From Ylistrum balloti (lineage: Eukaryota), in contig NW_026782173.1 of assembly GCF_031769215.1 (NCBI RefSeq), positions 2,728,001 to 2,792,000 of the forward strand: DNA of 64,000 nt, read 5' to 3'. Positions within the stretch are counted from its first letter, which is position 1; the number at the start of each line of letters is the position of its first letter. Positions 52,301-63,522 of this stretch are shown piece after piece. Made by a program: the position numbers and the translations under genes. A model generated the notes under the pieces. It did no database searches. It was not told where the DNA came from and was given only the letters and a program-made list of their open reading frames with translations.

Positions 52301-55300
52301 GACAGTGACCTTGAAATGTGACCTTTGGATCTGAAAAGCAATCCCCAAAAAATACTTCTGGTAAGGAAGTATATGTGAAGTTTTAGCTTGATCGACCAAA
52401 GTAAACGTCGCCAATATAATAAGTAGTACATATAAGTCGCCTTGGCAGGCGACACAAAAGCTAGTTAGATTGTCAAGTATTTGAGGAATTGAAATATAAC
52501 ATCATGTGAAATATGACAGAGCAAAGATAAAAGGACGTATATAAAAGGCAATACAATAATAGTAAGTGATCCACATATTATGCGTATAGAAATACATCGT
52601 ACTTATTAAAGGATGCATTCAAAATATGTCAAATAAAAGTGAAACTATCAAAATGTGTGTTGATGATAGTGTAAATATTTAGAATTACTAACATTACGTC
52701 AGTTACGTTTATTTATCATATGGCAAGGCATCATATTGACATTGATCGGACCATGTATATGACTCAAGTAAATAATGTAATGGCCTGTGCATATCATTCT
52801 CTCTGGTAGTTGTACTAAGTTGATGTACATGAGGTTTATACAGAAATACAACATGACTTGCCAACTGACTGATGGATTATAACCATTCACATGTATACCA
52901 CTGACAAATGAGGTTTACAGAGTTCTTACGGCAAATTCACTTGTTTTGCAATCCAACAGGCAGTCACTAGTCCAATAGCCATAACATACAACCAATACGA
53001 TACCGGCAACATGCAAATTTGTCTCAATGTCTGAAAGATAATATATATCAATTTATAATAATGCAGAGACATGGCGCCACCTACAAACGATACAACCATA
53101 GATTTATTTACAAAACGGTAAACGTTCGCATTTAACTTTATTGGCATGTTTCATGTTAAATCAATTTCTCCTGAAAAAAATCCGCATCGCGAATGATATA
53201 AAATTTGACATTGTTTTCGGACAAATTCGGTTTTCCTCATTTCCGTTACAGGTTTCATAATCTAAGCCTTTCGTGTCACTTAGACACCAAACAGGACGGA
53301 GCCGTAACTTGCATGCATTTTATTCGAATAGATAGACTTAGTTCAGTAAACACCCATTTACCTGACTTTGTGAAATTATCAACATAAGAACATTACGAAA
53401 TTTATGGAATTTGGTGGAAGATGCATCTAGAGTTTAGGATTAAATGCGTTCACTTTTGTTTTCGTTCGTCGATCAATAGATTTCAAAATTTGAAAATCAG
53501 TTTCACTGGAAAAGGTGAAAAAGCTGTATGAGACAGTTTAGTTTATTATTTGGGTCTACATTATATAAACCCCCTGAATTTATATTGAGTGGCAGTGCTC
53601 ATTTCTGAGAATTTTGTACAATAATTAATTTGAAGTTTGGAAATTACAATCAAAAACCATGGTTTAAGGTTAATGTGCAGCCCAGCTGAAGTAACTAGTG
53701 ATATAACTTTTTCTTTAAAAATTCGATTCTCTTTAAACTTTGATATGCCATATATCTTTTAAGTAAAAACAATCTTTGGCCATTGTTTTCTTACCAACAT
53801 TTTGTTGTGACAATCATCTGCTATCGGGAGTGTTTTAATATGAAGAAGGAATGCTAAGCCAACAGCACATACAACTCCAAATCCACATATTACTGCATCT
53901 GTAAACGACAGCAAACGTGCTTAGCGCATGCGCTTGCTTAACCTACAATTTTATTGCTTTGCAGAGATGTTATTTTGCTTTGAACTTGAACTAAAAAGCT
54001 CATACATAGCATTACGTATATTTAAATATTATTAGCAAGTCGTATGGTTTCGTGAATTCAAAGATGGTATTGACAACAAATGTGTGTTCTATATCATAGT
54101 GTCCACCTTACGATTTTATCAGTTTATTGCAAGCATAATATAATGGATTGTGCTGTTGTTCTACCATATGTTGATAATGATAATTATGTACTGATTGGTT
54201 CCATTGTCCAATAGTAACGTCTTAATTAGACATTAGCTTTTGCCAAGCTAAAATGCCTTAAACAAATAACATTTTACCAAGAACTACTGCAGGCACTAGT
54301 CCTATAGTCGTGGCAACGGTCGGTGTGACAAACAAGCTAATGGCTTGTCCGGAAAATCCTAATGTGCCGAACGCTAGGGGGATGAGTGTGGACTCCGGGA
54401 AGCAAAGGGCAACGACTCTTGTTTGAACAACTGAAATAAAAAAGACAAACTGATAAACAAGTATGATGTATTCATGATGAAGTAAATGTCAGTATGTTGA
54501 TTCCAATGTATATATCCTTCCATGTGAAAGATGAATCAATGGACTAAGAAACCAGAGTGCTAAAGAGAACTGTAAAGAAAATGGAAAGCAATGTATGATA
54601 CCAACGTCATATACATTATATGTATATTATTATTGTACATCATATCAGGTAACATTGTAAACGGCGAAACAAGTAGAAATAAACAAGATAGTACCAACAT
54701 GTGAATATAATCATAAAACAAAAACTCGATTCAATAAAAGTAAACCTCAATATGAACAAAAGAAAGAAAGTAACTTTTGTGGTTTATCACAAAAGAACAT
54801 GAAATATCGCTGCAGATATGGACATAGGATGCAATCATATGATAACACTCAGAATCAGTAATCCGTATTGCCGTAAAATATATAGTGTATCCTAAGCACA
54901 TACAACGTAGAGCTCCGTCTCCAAACGCCAACAAGCAATACCCTATCAACATCAGTATGTACATAGGCGGAGTCACTGGGGCATCTGAAGTGGTTCCCAC
55001 GATGAAAAGGATTGATCCTATTAGTGGCAAAATGCTGAAGAGAATCGCAGAACCTAGAAAAACGAGAAAGGAAAAAGATAGACTGATTCGGTGGTTCTTC
55101 GCCTTCATAACGAGAGAGTCACGTATACATACCATGTGACTAACCGATACTTCATCGACAACACATACAATGTAGATCGTGGTCGATTGAAATAATATTT
55201 CTGTTGGTCATCTTAATTCAACCTTTGCACCGGTTATTTTAATTGAAAGCATTGGACATTATGGACTTATGTAACCGTAAGAAAACACAAGATTAAAGAG

Positions 55301-58300
55301 TAGTGGAATATTGGCCTGTACGCACAGCTGGTATTGAATTTTAATGTTAATGATAATTAAATTCAGTAGCTGATTTGTCAGCTCTACGTATGTTGCATAC
55401 GCGAAACAGGTGTTAAACGAAAGATATAACAGTACGAGGATTGCCTTTTATCGCCAGAGAATCGATGAAACGAAAACATGAATTACTCCACATATCTCAA
55501 CAACTGAATCTCATATAAAATTCTATATATATGTGCTATTTTAGAACTGCTCTTGGAAGCACAATATGATCAACAGATATGACGTACTTACAACCATTTC
55601 CTAGCTTGTCGATTAACACTCCTGAGGGCAGACATACGGCTATTGAACTGTCAGTAAAATATGGGTTAAATTTAATAGTATTGGGTTTTCAAATTATTTT
55701 CATGACGGACTAAAAATTAATAATGCTTCAATGATCTTTTTATGAATGATTGGTAAGATTTGTCTACGTATGATCCCAACAACAATATATGAAAATGATT
55801 ATAAAGGCATTATTTGATAACCTGACCTCAGTAAGGTGTAATAAAATTTACTAATTCTTTAACTCTTAATGCGATGTCAATCTACGAGCCAGTTCCACAC
55901 TTACGTCCATCTTGTGACCGCGTAAAGTAGGTTATAACGGACCTCTCCGAGGCCTAGGCATACTTTACAGCCACTCTGGGTACTCGTGCCATTGGAACTG
56001 TTGAAGAATTGCTGTAAAAAAGGAAACCTTTCACATTTCGCAGTTCAGATACAAACCCATCCATTGTCGACATAAATCCTGAAAAGAATCGATCGATAAG
56101 CAGCAAAATAAATAAAGAAAAAACCGTTATCTACGACATAAAATGTTAATATAAAAATCCAACCTTCCGGAAATGATTTATGTACATTGTATGTCAGGTG
56201 TGTGTCAATTAGTGTTCTGTTGTATAATAGATCCACATTAATTAAAGCCAAATGTGATCACTATTTACTAAGTAGTATTATTGTGTGTTATGTTGTAGAG
56301 AAAACTGTGACTCTGAATTCTGTGTTGTAGCGCAATAAACAATCGAATGCCGTATCTTAATGAAAACTTATTTTTCTAGAAATACTAATTGTGAATGTAG
56401 ATATCTGTGTAGATAGGCATGGCGAACCCCACTCACCACTGTCATCAGGCTCAGAGTACAGTGGAAAGTTCGCCTTAGCCGGCGTGTCGTCAAAAGAGTT
56501 CGAACAATAGACAATTTCATCTCACCAACCAGTAGATCGTCCTCTCTGTTGAATGAAATGGATTTATTTACATTGCATTTCAGGTGAGTGTCAATTAGTG
56601 TTGTGTTGTATAATAGATCCACATTAATAACGAGCCATATGTGATCACTATTTACTGAGTAGTATTATTGCGTGTTATGTTGTAGAGAAAACAGTGACTT
56701 TGAATTCTGTGTTGTAGCGCAATAAACATATACTTGACCATAACATTGGGACCATCAAATGCTGTATTTTAATGAACACTTATTTTTCTAAAAATACTAA
56801 TTGTGAATGTAGATAGGCATGGCGAACCCCACTCACCACTGTCAACAGGCTCAGAGTACAGTGGAAAGTTCGCCTTAGCCGGCGTGTCGTCAACAGAGTT
56901 CGAACAATAGACAATTTCATCTCACCAACCAGTAGAGCGTCCTCTCTGTTGACTAAAATTCAAAAACAAGCAAGACTGTAATGGGCACGTGAACATCGGT
57001 CATACTAAGTCTTGGCGAAGTGTCAACTGGTCTGATGAAGGCTTCTTTTCACATATTCTGACAGACGGCAAGGTCCATTTTTGGAGACAAAGAAATAACG
57101 CATAACATGAGAGTCACATCTGGGCACAACAGTATTTGACTGTTTGGGAATAGCTTTTCTCTAAACTGTAGGCTACACTTACATGTCCTTGATGGAACTC
57201 TTAAATTACAGAAGTAGCAAGATTTGACCATTGTTCCGCATTTTAATACCCGTCCATTCGCAAATCGACCTACCCTAATGGATGGCAATGCAAAACCACC
57301 CGGAGCCCGGCTAGTGTAAGACTCTCTTCAATGTCGCTAGATATGGATTAAATAGAGCATGCATGGGACTATACTGGGAAAAAAGCACGGGATCCAAAAT
57401 GCCAAACAGTTGTAGAATTACGGACTGCATCAATTCAGGAGCCTCTCAGTAATGATATAAAAGACACACAAGTGAATAGCGTCTTTCAATACAAATTTCG
57501 AATATAATACAGGAGAGTCAAATAAAATGGTTCACTTATCAGGACCCGTCAATAATGCTTGGGAATAAAATTTTAAAACTTCGCAAGTCACTGAGAGGAA
57601 AATCCAAATTAATAAAAAAAAGGACATAATCTAGAAAGGAAGATGCATGCTGTGGCGTCTGGTCAATGGTATGAGACGACGAGCATAATATTTTTACAAG
57701 AAACGTGGTGGCTATGCTAGATATTGACATTTTCATACAAAAAAGGACCTGTTTTGGAAATGTCATTTTCAACAACTCTTTTTGAAATGATACAATACTG
57801 CTGGTTCCTTAGATTTCTTTTCCTATCGGTATTTATCTATCCTCTTATATTGCCATTGAGAGTTTTTCTTAAATAAAACAAAGAAAATTCAAACCAATCT
57901 AAGATATGAGTGATCCCGAACTTATGGCCAAGTATATGTCTGAGAGGTGATATTTCACTGACTAGATATTTGCATACTTACATGATTATACATGATCTCA
58001 CGTTGCAGTGCATTTGCGGTTTCTATGAAATAATAAACTCCCAAAATCATCAAACTGTTGCAAAATAACACTCCATATCGCCAACATTCTGACAAATTAA
58101 AAAACAGAAATATCTCGATATAGCAAAGTAGATTTTAGATTTTGATTTTGGGTTTTATCCAGTGTAATCATACGGTTTCATTTTCTCACACGTCGTATTG
58201 AAGTGTCATTTTTGTGATAGTCTGCAACTTAAAAGGCTGCCTTCGTTTTATCATTTTGAATTTTAGAGGTTGTTTTAAAAATAGCGCTGATATTTCTGTC

Positions 58301-61008
58301 CTGTCCTGCAGCTGTAAAGTTAAAGGTAATGTATTTTGTAACTTTTGAAAAATGATTAATTCAGCTGAAAAGCATGCTATTTATAACAACCACTTGTTGA
58401 ATAAGTTTTAAGTACTGTATTCATGTGATAGATATGCTAGAAAATGAGGTTAATGTTAAACATGGACGAGCACGCCAAAACCAGTAAGTATGTAGCTATC
58501 TCTTAAATTTAGTGAACAGAGAAGAAACCGATAAAATATATCTTACATCAGTCAAAAGTGTGGCTTTCTTCAGATTTTCATTAGCGACACCAGTTTTTCA
58601 CTAAAGTGAAGAATAAAAGGAGCATTGTTCGCTGTCTAACAGTACGATGAGCAGAGACATTTAGAAACAAACATTAATCGGTCTACAATTTGCTACGACA
58701 CTACAGGTAGCCCGGCCAAGGTAGGAAGATCAATTTCTTTTTTTGTCATGATTCAACGTTAATCATTTTGTGGTTAAGTTCTACTTATCAAACCCCTTTT
58801 AGCAATGACCGACTTTTTTAGTTATTATATCACGTACTAACAATGATTGCTCTACAATAATTTTTGATGAAAAGATACTAACGAGTAAATATAGGGATTG
58901 GATATAACGTGCCCCATTAAGAATATATTCATATATTCCATATAAAAGCGTGGTTAACATTAAACTAAACTCCTATCTCCATGTATCAATGTATCGATCA
59001 ATTATTAAGATAGCAAAGCAAAATTAATATACTGTAATGTGTTATCAGTCAACAACACAGTCCAGATTCAAATGGAGATTGTACAAGAGACACAAGTCAA
59101 TAGCACATTTTGTTAAATAACATTCAGGCCAGATACAGTACAGGCAATATACAGCTATTATACAGCAGTTTTTTTTCATTCTAGGACTCGCCAGTGACGC
59201 TAAGGTCCTAAATATTGTCAGCATGAAAAAGGCCACACCCAGATGTGAGTGTTTAAGTCTACCTTCAACATGTTGCTTGTTACGCATCAGTAATACCACA
59301 GGCCGAGCTCCTGAAGAAAGGAGACATTATGTTTACGTCACAACACACCTTTGAGAAGATATGACCTCGTGTCTTCTTCACAATGCTATACCTGTCAGAG
59401 CGATAGAGTAATGTCTCATTTCACTATATTTACCCGGCAGAGCGTGAGACCGAATGTCTGCTTAAATAACTAACAACTACCCACCATTCATGATATCAAA
59501 TCAAATTCTAGTTTAAAGAATGACACTGGTCAGAGTCTGTTATAATTTGTCAAAACATTAGATCATATGTCTAGCTTAAAGTATGGCACAAAGTCCAGAA
59601 ATTTGTATGATATTCATGTACCTATTTTAATGTTATTTGTCAATGCCCGACACACAAAGAGACAAGAGTCAGACTTTATCGAGAATAAAATAAAGGTGGT
59701 TAAGTTTATTGTTTATTGATAAAGACCACTTGAGTGCGATGTTTCAGACAATGAATTCATTAAAACTTTTTTTCTAGATCAACCGAACATGAGAGGCAAT
59801 AAAAAGCATATACTAAATGTACTAACCACCGCTATGATATCACTTTGACTGGAGCCTTATAACAGTGATGCACAGTTATGATTAACGTGTGTTTAAGGAA
59901 ATGCAAATCGTTCCTATTTAGAAGATTGTAATTAGTTATTCTCCTGTATGCAATGGTAGATATAAGAACATATCATAATCCAAATTTTATAAATCTAGGG
60001 CAAAATATGAACAAAAGAAGGAAGACTTCTGAAAAAGTTAAAAGGGAATAAGATCAGGTGTTCTAGAAGAGTAAGTGTCTTCCGCTTCATTGACAACATC
60101 CGTAATCTTGGTCAATCCAGGTAAGAGTAATGCTACGTCCGCAAATGAAACAAGGAAACCAACAAGCAAAACTAACGTATATCAAACACACCAAGTTTCA
60201 TGTTGTGACGTAATGGTATATGGAGTTAAACAGAATTGAAAAATCAAATGCCTTCATAAAAATGTTTTAAGAAGATATTGAAAATTGGTTAAAAACTCTT
60301 CGAAGTTCTTTAGAATCTAAATACTATTAATTCGACGTCATGAGTAAAAAGTACAGTACTAAGATTGTTGGTTAGTAGTTCAGACAAAGGCTTGATTGAT
60401 AAGCTAGATGAGCCAGCAATAAAACGTTGTTTATATAAGATTCTTGTAGAATCTGGATAATTAGAAAAAATTCTTATCAAGATTGCACAAAGTAGTTCAT
60501 GCAAGTGCACATGCTTCTAAACAAGAAAGTCATACAATTAGCTTCTACTGACAAACATGAAGAATGATAACTATACAGGAATCACATGTGACTACGCCAA
60601 TATTGGATATAGAAATTTAAAATCGTATTCATATACACATGTATTATGATAGAAATATCGTTATTGTACTTGCAGTCAAACATTAAAGTCAAGCGTAACG
60701 ACAAAAACAACATTGTTATCAGCCACCAATTCCACATTTGATATCTCTATTCAAGTTATCATTTTAGTTTTGCTAAGACTACCTTTTCGGAATTTAATAA
60801 CGATAATGACATCAGAGCTAATATAAGGTGACATGGTCGGAAAATCTACTTGTAAGTAAATATTCAAATGCATTGTAATAACATCATCAAAAATTCAAAC
60901 TCTACACATACAGACCATATATAGTCTTACCTGTCATCGTCAGTCAGCGCACTCACCTTTAGTACAGATAAGTACCCGTTGTTGGTTGATATGAAAATAA
61001 ATCGCCAT
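49173..61008 (-). CDS. MFSD1-like: MFSD1-like MFS transporter copy 2; 13 exons, 1485 nt, about 494 aa, apparently intact
   Basis: Exons 61008-60957, 58088-57982, 56011-55905, 55647-55592, 55053-54904, 54430-54278, 53898-53795, 53030-52930, 51870-51765, 51358-51218, 50129-49990, 49807-49693 and 49325-49173 splice in frame without stops. Intron phases are identical to copy 1. Exon 1 is tentative. Confidence 0.9.
49693..49807 (-). CDS. MFSD1-like copy 2 exon 12 (IEKEVELRRYQYFF...LDVRK)
   Basis: ttcatag|...AAG|GTGTTT, 115 nt, same length as copy 1. Confidence 0.87.
49990..50129 (-). CDS. MFSD1-like copy 2 exon 11 (VMMWQLLVALSPPKYVGTLGG...EKGD)
   Basis: atattag|...|GTAAGT, 140 nt. Confidence 0.9.
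51218..51358 (-). CDS. MFSD1-like copy 2 exon 10 (KNIDCDGIM...GITILT)
   Basis: attacag|...ACG|GTAAGG, 141 nt; donor position confirmed by copy 1. Confidence 0.9.
51765..51870 (-). CDS. MFSD1-like copy 2 exon 9 (DYLQLRYGYTMSEASYITG...SVL)
   Basis: attacag|...|GTAAGT, 106 nt. Confidence 0.9.
52044..52456. mobile_element. HINE/Helentron-like non-autonomous element in copy 2 intron 8
   Basis: 13-bp inverted ends TGTGTCGCCTGCC / GGCAGGCGACACA; terminal hairpin GTCGCC-N6-GGCGAC; internal gtgaccttg...gaccttt motif. Confidence 0.65.
52930..53030 (-). CDS. MFSD1-like copy 2 exon 8 (TLRQICMLPVSYWL...KQVNL)
   Basis: ctttcag|...|GTAAGA, 101 nt. Confidence 0.9.
53795..53898 (-). CDS. MFSD1-like copy 2 exon 7 (AVICGFGVVCAVGLAFLLHI...KML)
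   Basis: tttacag|...|GTAAGA, 104 nt. Confidence 0.9.
54278..54430 (-). CDS. MFSD1-like copy 2 exon 6 (VQTRVVALCFPE...VPAVVL)
   Basis: atttcag|...G|GTAAAA, 153 nt. Confidence 0.9.
54904..55053 (-). CDS. MFSD1-like copy 2 exon 5 (SAILFSILPLIGS...AFGDGALR)
   Basis: Long pyrimidine tract ttctag|...T|GTATGT, 150 nt. Confidence 0.9.
55592..55647 (-). CDS. MFSD1-like copy 2 exon 4 (SIAVCLPSGVLIDKLGNG)
   Basis: ctgacag|...|GTAAGT, 56 nt. Confidence 0.9.
55905..56011 (-). CDS. MFSD1-like copy 2 exon 3 (QFFNSSNGTSTQSGCKVCLGLGEVRYNLLYAVTRW)
   Basis: ttttacag|...|GTAAGT, 107 nt. Confidence 0.9.
56171..56952. repeat. Tandem duplication of about 390-400 bp in copy 2 intron 2, containing an exon-like block
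   Basis: 56171-56553 resembles 56555-56952. Confidence 0.93.
57982..58088 (-). CDS. MFSD1-like copy 2 exon 2 (CWRYGVLFCNSLMILGVYYFIETANALQREIMYNH)
   Basis: ttgtcag|...|GTAAGT, 107 nt. Confidence 0.9.
60044..60510 (-). mobile_element. Internally deleted Penelope-like (Naiad-type) element
   Basis: YKQRFIAGSSSLSIKPLSELLT (RT N-terminal motif, cf. PYKQRxIAGSSKCSTKPLS) joined to the C-terminus MKLGVFDIR* and the shared 3' motif. Confidence 0.75.
60957..61008 (-). CDS. MFSD1-like copy 2 tentative first coding exon (MAIYFHINQQRVLICTK)
   Basis: gtcATGG start and phase-1 donor AAG|GTGAGT fit exon 2; no similarity to copy 1 exon 1. Confidence 0.45.
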
Positions 61009-62244
61009 GACGGTAACCCGTCACGGATAAGTTAACATTTGAAATAGTGCATATTTTTCCATACTGTACTTTAGTACACAATTTTTTTATACAAACTATT
61101 ATCTCTCTATTATTCAGCAATAAGCTTGGCTAGTTATCACTTTCACTTTGTACATACATGCAAGTGAGTGATACTTGAAAGAACGAAAAAATGGATTGAA
61201 ATTTTAGATATAAAAAAATGTTCAATATGATATTTCAATTACATGCGTTTTGCGATCGCAGAGATAAGGTTTGGAACTGTAGAGTACATAGATTTAATAA
61301 TCTTTAAGAGGATCCAACAACATAAAAGTTCTATATTATAATCTAACTGCTATAATTTTTGCTACACATGCTTTATACACCGTAGAGTGACATCTGTTGA
61401 ATTTATATGCATAATTAATCTGATCTATGTTCCAAAGAAGATGTTCTGTATAACTGAACATTATTCGATATTAAATGTAATAACGTAATGCAATATCGCC
61501 ATCGAGAGAGAGTGGGAAGGTCGGGTTCCGATTTAGTTCACATGAATGGCTGTGGAAAAAACGTGTCAAAAAGTCAAGGTAAATCAAATTTCTCTTTAGA
61601 ATCGTTACATGGCAGAAGCGATTTATGTGAAGCATAAACTAAATGTTCAGTCTTTTTTCTTCATAGCACAAGTGTTTGAGTTAAGTGTCTGAACAATAAG
61701 TCATTATGTACTTTCACACATGGTTAGACAAAATATCAGTATCAGTATTTAAATCAGTATGGTCAGTAATATCAGAAATAACGACCATAGGTAAAATATA
61801 TTTTGATGTAGATAAACGACATAAAAAGACATTATAATAATAAATGCCGAACAAAAAAGATATCACATTGCCTTTTATGACTTATCATCCTTATCGCTTT
61901 CATCTAAAAGTCACCGGAGCGTTAAGTACGAATATATCAGAGCTTACCGAACGCGTCAGAGTGTAATCTTCTTACAGAATATTGTGCTTTCCTTACTGCA
62001 CCGGGTAAGATGCAGGTTGATGAAGACTGTAGAGAAGTCAGGTCGACATCATAATGTCGGGTTATGAGGACTTTTGTGACTGGTTCAGCGATTTAATTAT
62101 TCAGTGTTATAAGACACTTAAAGTATAACATGTGGGTGTAAATGTAGGATACCACTTTAAACAGATATCAAATTATTTTCGTTGAAAACCACAAGATATT
62201 GCATGTGTAATATAGATCATGTACATGATTTCTTGTAGTGTGAA

Positions 62245-62335
62245 GAATAAGGCCAGGTGCTCCGGAAGATTAAGCGTCTCTTTGCTTCATCGATGACATC
62301 CGTCATGTAACACTTGGCCGATAGTAATGGCATTT
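62245..62335 (-). mobile_element. Penelope-like (Naiad-type) 3' terminal fragment
   Basis: gaataaggccaggtgctccggaagattaagcgtctctttgcttcatcgatgacatccgtc matches the copies at 4920 and 60050. Confidence 0.7.
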
Positions 62336-62479
62336 TGACGATCGTAAAACTTCCCAATGATTTTCATCAATCGGCATCTTTTGAATGCTTTTTTTTTTCT
62401 TGCGCGAACATCGGGATAATGGGAACAGAACCTTGAATTTGCATAAAAAAAAGTTGCTATTAGCTGGTGTATCTGTTGT

Positions 62480-62950
62480 TTCCGATCTATGCTTTATGAA
62501 ATGCTGTTGACGTTATCACGATATCCGTGCGAGAATTCGTCATCTGATGGACAAACTCTTAACACAGGGGTTCAAATGGTGCGGTTTGATGAAAATTGTG
62601 GGATTCTTTTATAGTCGCAATAGTGATCCCATTGAGACTTTTGTATATCTTTATGTGATGTTAAGCGGGACTTGTTTGGTGTTCGTTAGTTTACATATTG
62701 GTTCCGTTGTTGTATACTTTGTTCTCATTTGATATAGTGACATTTCTTACTTGGATTGACCAAAGTATGCATGACGGGAGTCGTTGATGAAGTAGAGGGC
62801 ATTTACTTTTCCGGAACACCTAGTCTTATTCTTGTCACTTTTCTAGAGTATCCGTTTAAATCGTTCTTTTGTTCGTATTTTGCCCTACTTTATGAAATCT
62901 GAGTTTGAATTATGACTTATCATATTGGTATTTTGTTGTTGCTGTGTTAC
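62480..62950 (+). mobile_element. Penelope-like (Naiad-type) 3' fragment
   Basis: RYHDIRARIRHLMDKLLTQGFKWCGLMKIVGFFYSRNSDPIETF (cf. KLLNQGF...LRKFYGRHHDL) followed by ...ttccggaacacctagtcttattc; a shorter copy of this end lies at 40945-41035. Confidence 0.72.
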
Positions 62951-63522
62951 GAGTATGAAAGAATATCTTTGTTTTTCACGAATGCAAAGTACGTATATAG
63001 ATATAGATATAAAAATATAAATATATTCTGCAATACTCGTGAAATATATGAAGAACAAGTAAGAAATAAGAAAAGTCGATCCAAACATAAATTAAAGCTG
63101 TATTCAACAAGTATTAAACATGTTTTTTTGACATGGGATAGTTTGATATTATATAAGGCGATGTCATATTTAATTGGATGTTTTTCGTTGTATTCTACCA
63201 TTTGGTACAAAACTGTTTTATATCCAAAATTAGAGAAAGACCAGAAGTGTAAATGGAATGTGTTTGATAGAAAACGGACTTATTCTACCTTCGATTCATT
63301 TGCAGTTTACCAAGAGAGAGGAATCACACAACAACAAATAAGTGTGAAATAATTTCGTTTTTTTATTTGTGTAGTCAAAAAGTACGAAAGTTACTGGAAA
63401 AGTTATATCATCACCGACAAAATATAAAGGCATGATCCATCTAAAAACACGTGTTTTTAATTTTTTTTTTTCATGTGACTGTTCACGGGGTAGCTGAAGT
63501 GTAATCCCACAATAACTAGGCA

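Noticed and set aside
55054-55200. In-frame upstream extension of copy 2 exon 5 (ILFQSTTIY...)
   Set aside because: The strong acceptor at 55054 gives the same 150-nt exon as copy 1.
59045-59310. 84-aa Cys-rich ORF with an acceptor in copy 2 intron 1
   Set aside because: No recognisable homology, and not needed for the gene model.
61009-61024. Palindrome TGACGG-TAAC-CCGTCA overlapping the copy 2 start
   Set aside because: A 6-bp arm can arise by chance, and exon 1 itself is tentative.
62495-62515. In-frame TGA as selenocysteine in the Naiad-type fragment
   Set aside because: A single TGA in a decayed copy, not clearly at a conserved Cys position, and no SECIS recognised.
62770-62830. Hammerhead ribozyme in the PLE 3' motif (TTGATGA-stem)
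   Set aside because: The required GAAA after stem II is absent (TACT or TAAT instead) in all copies.
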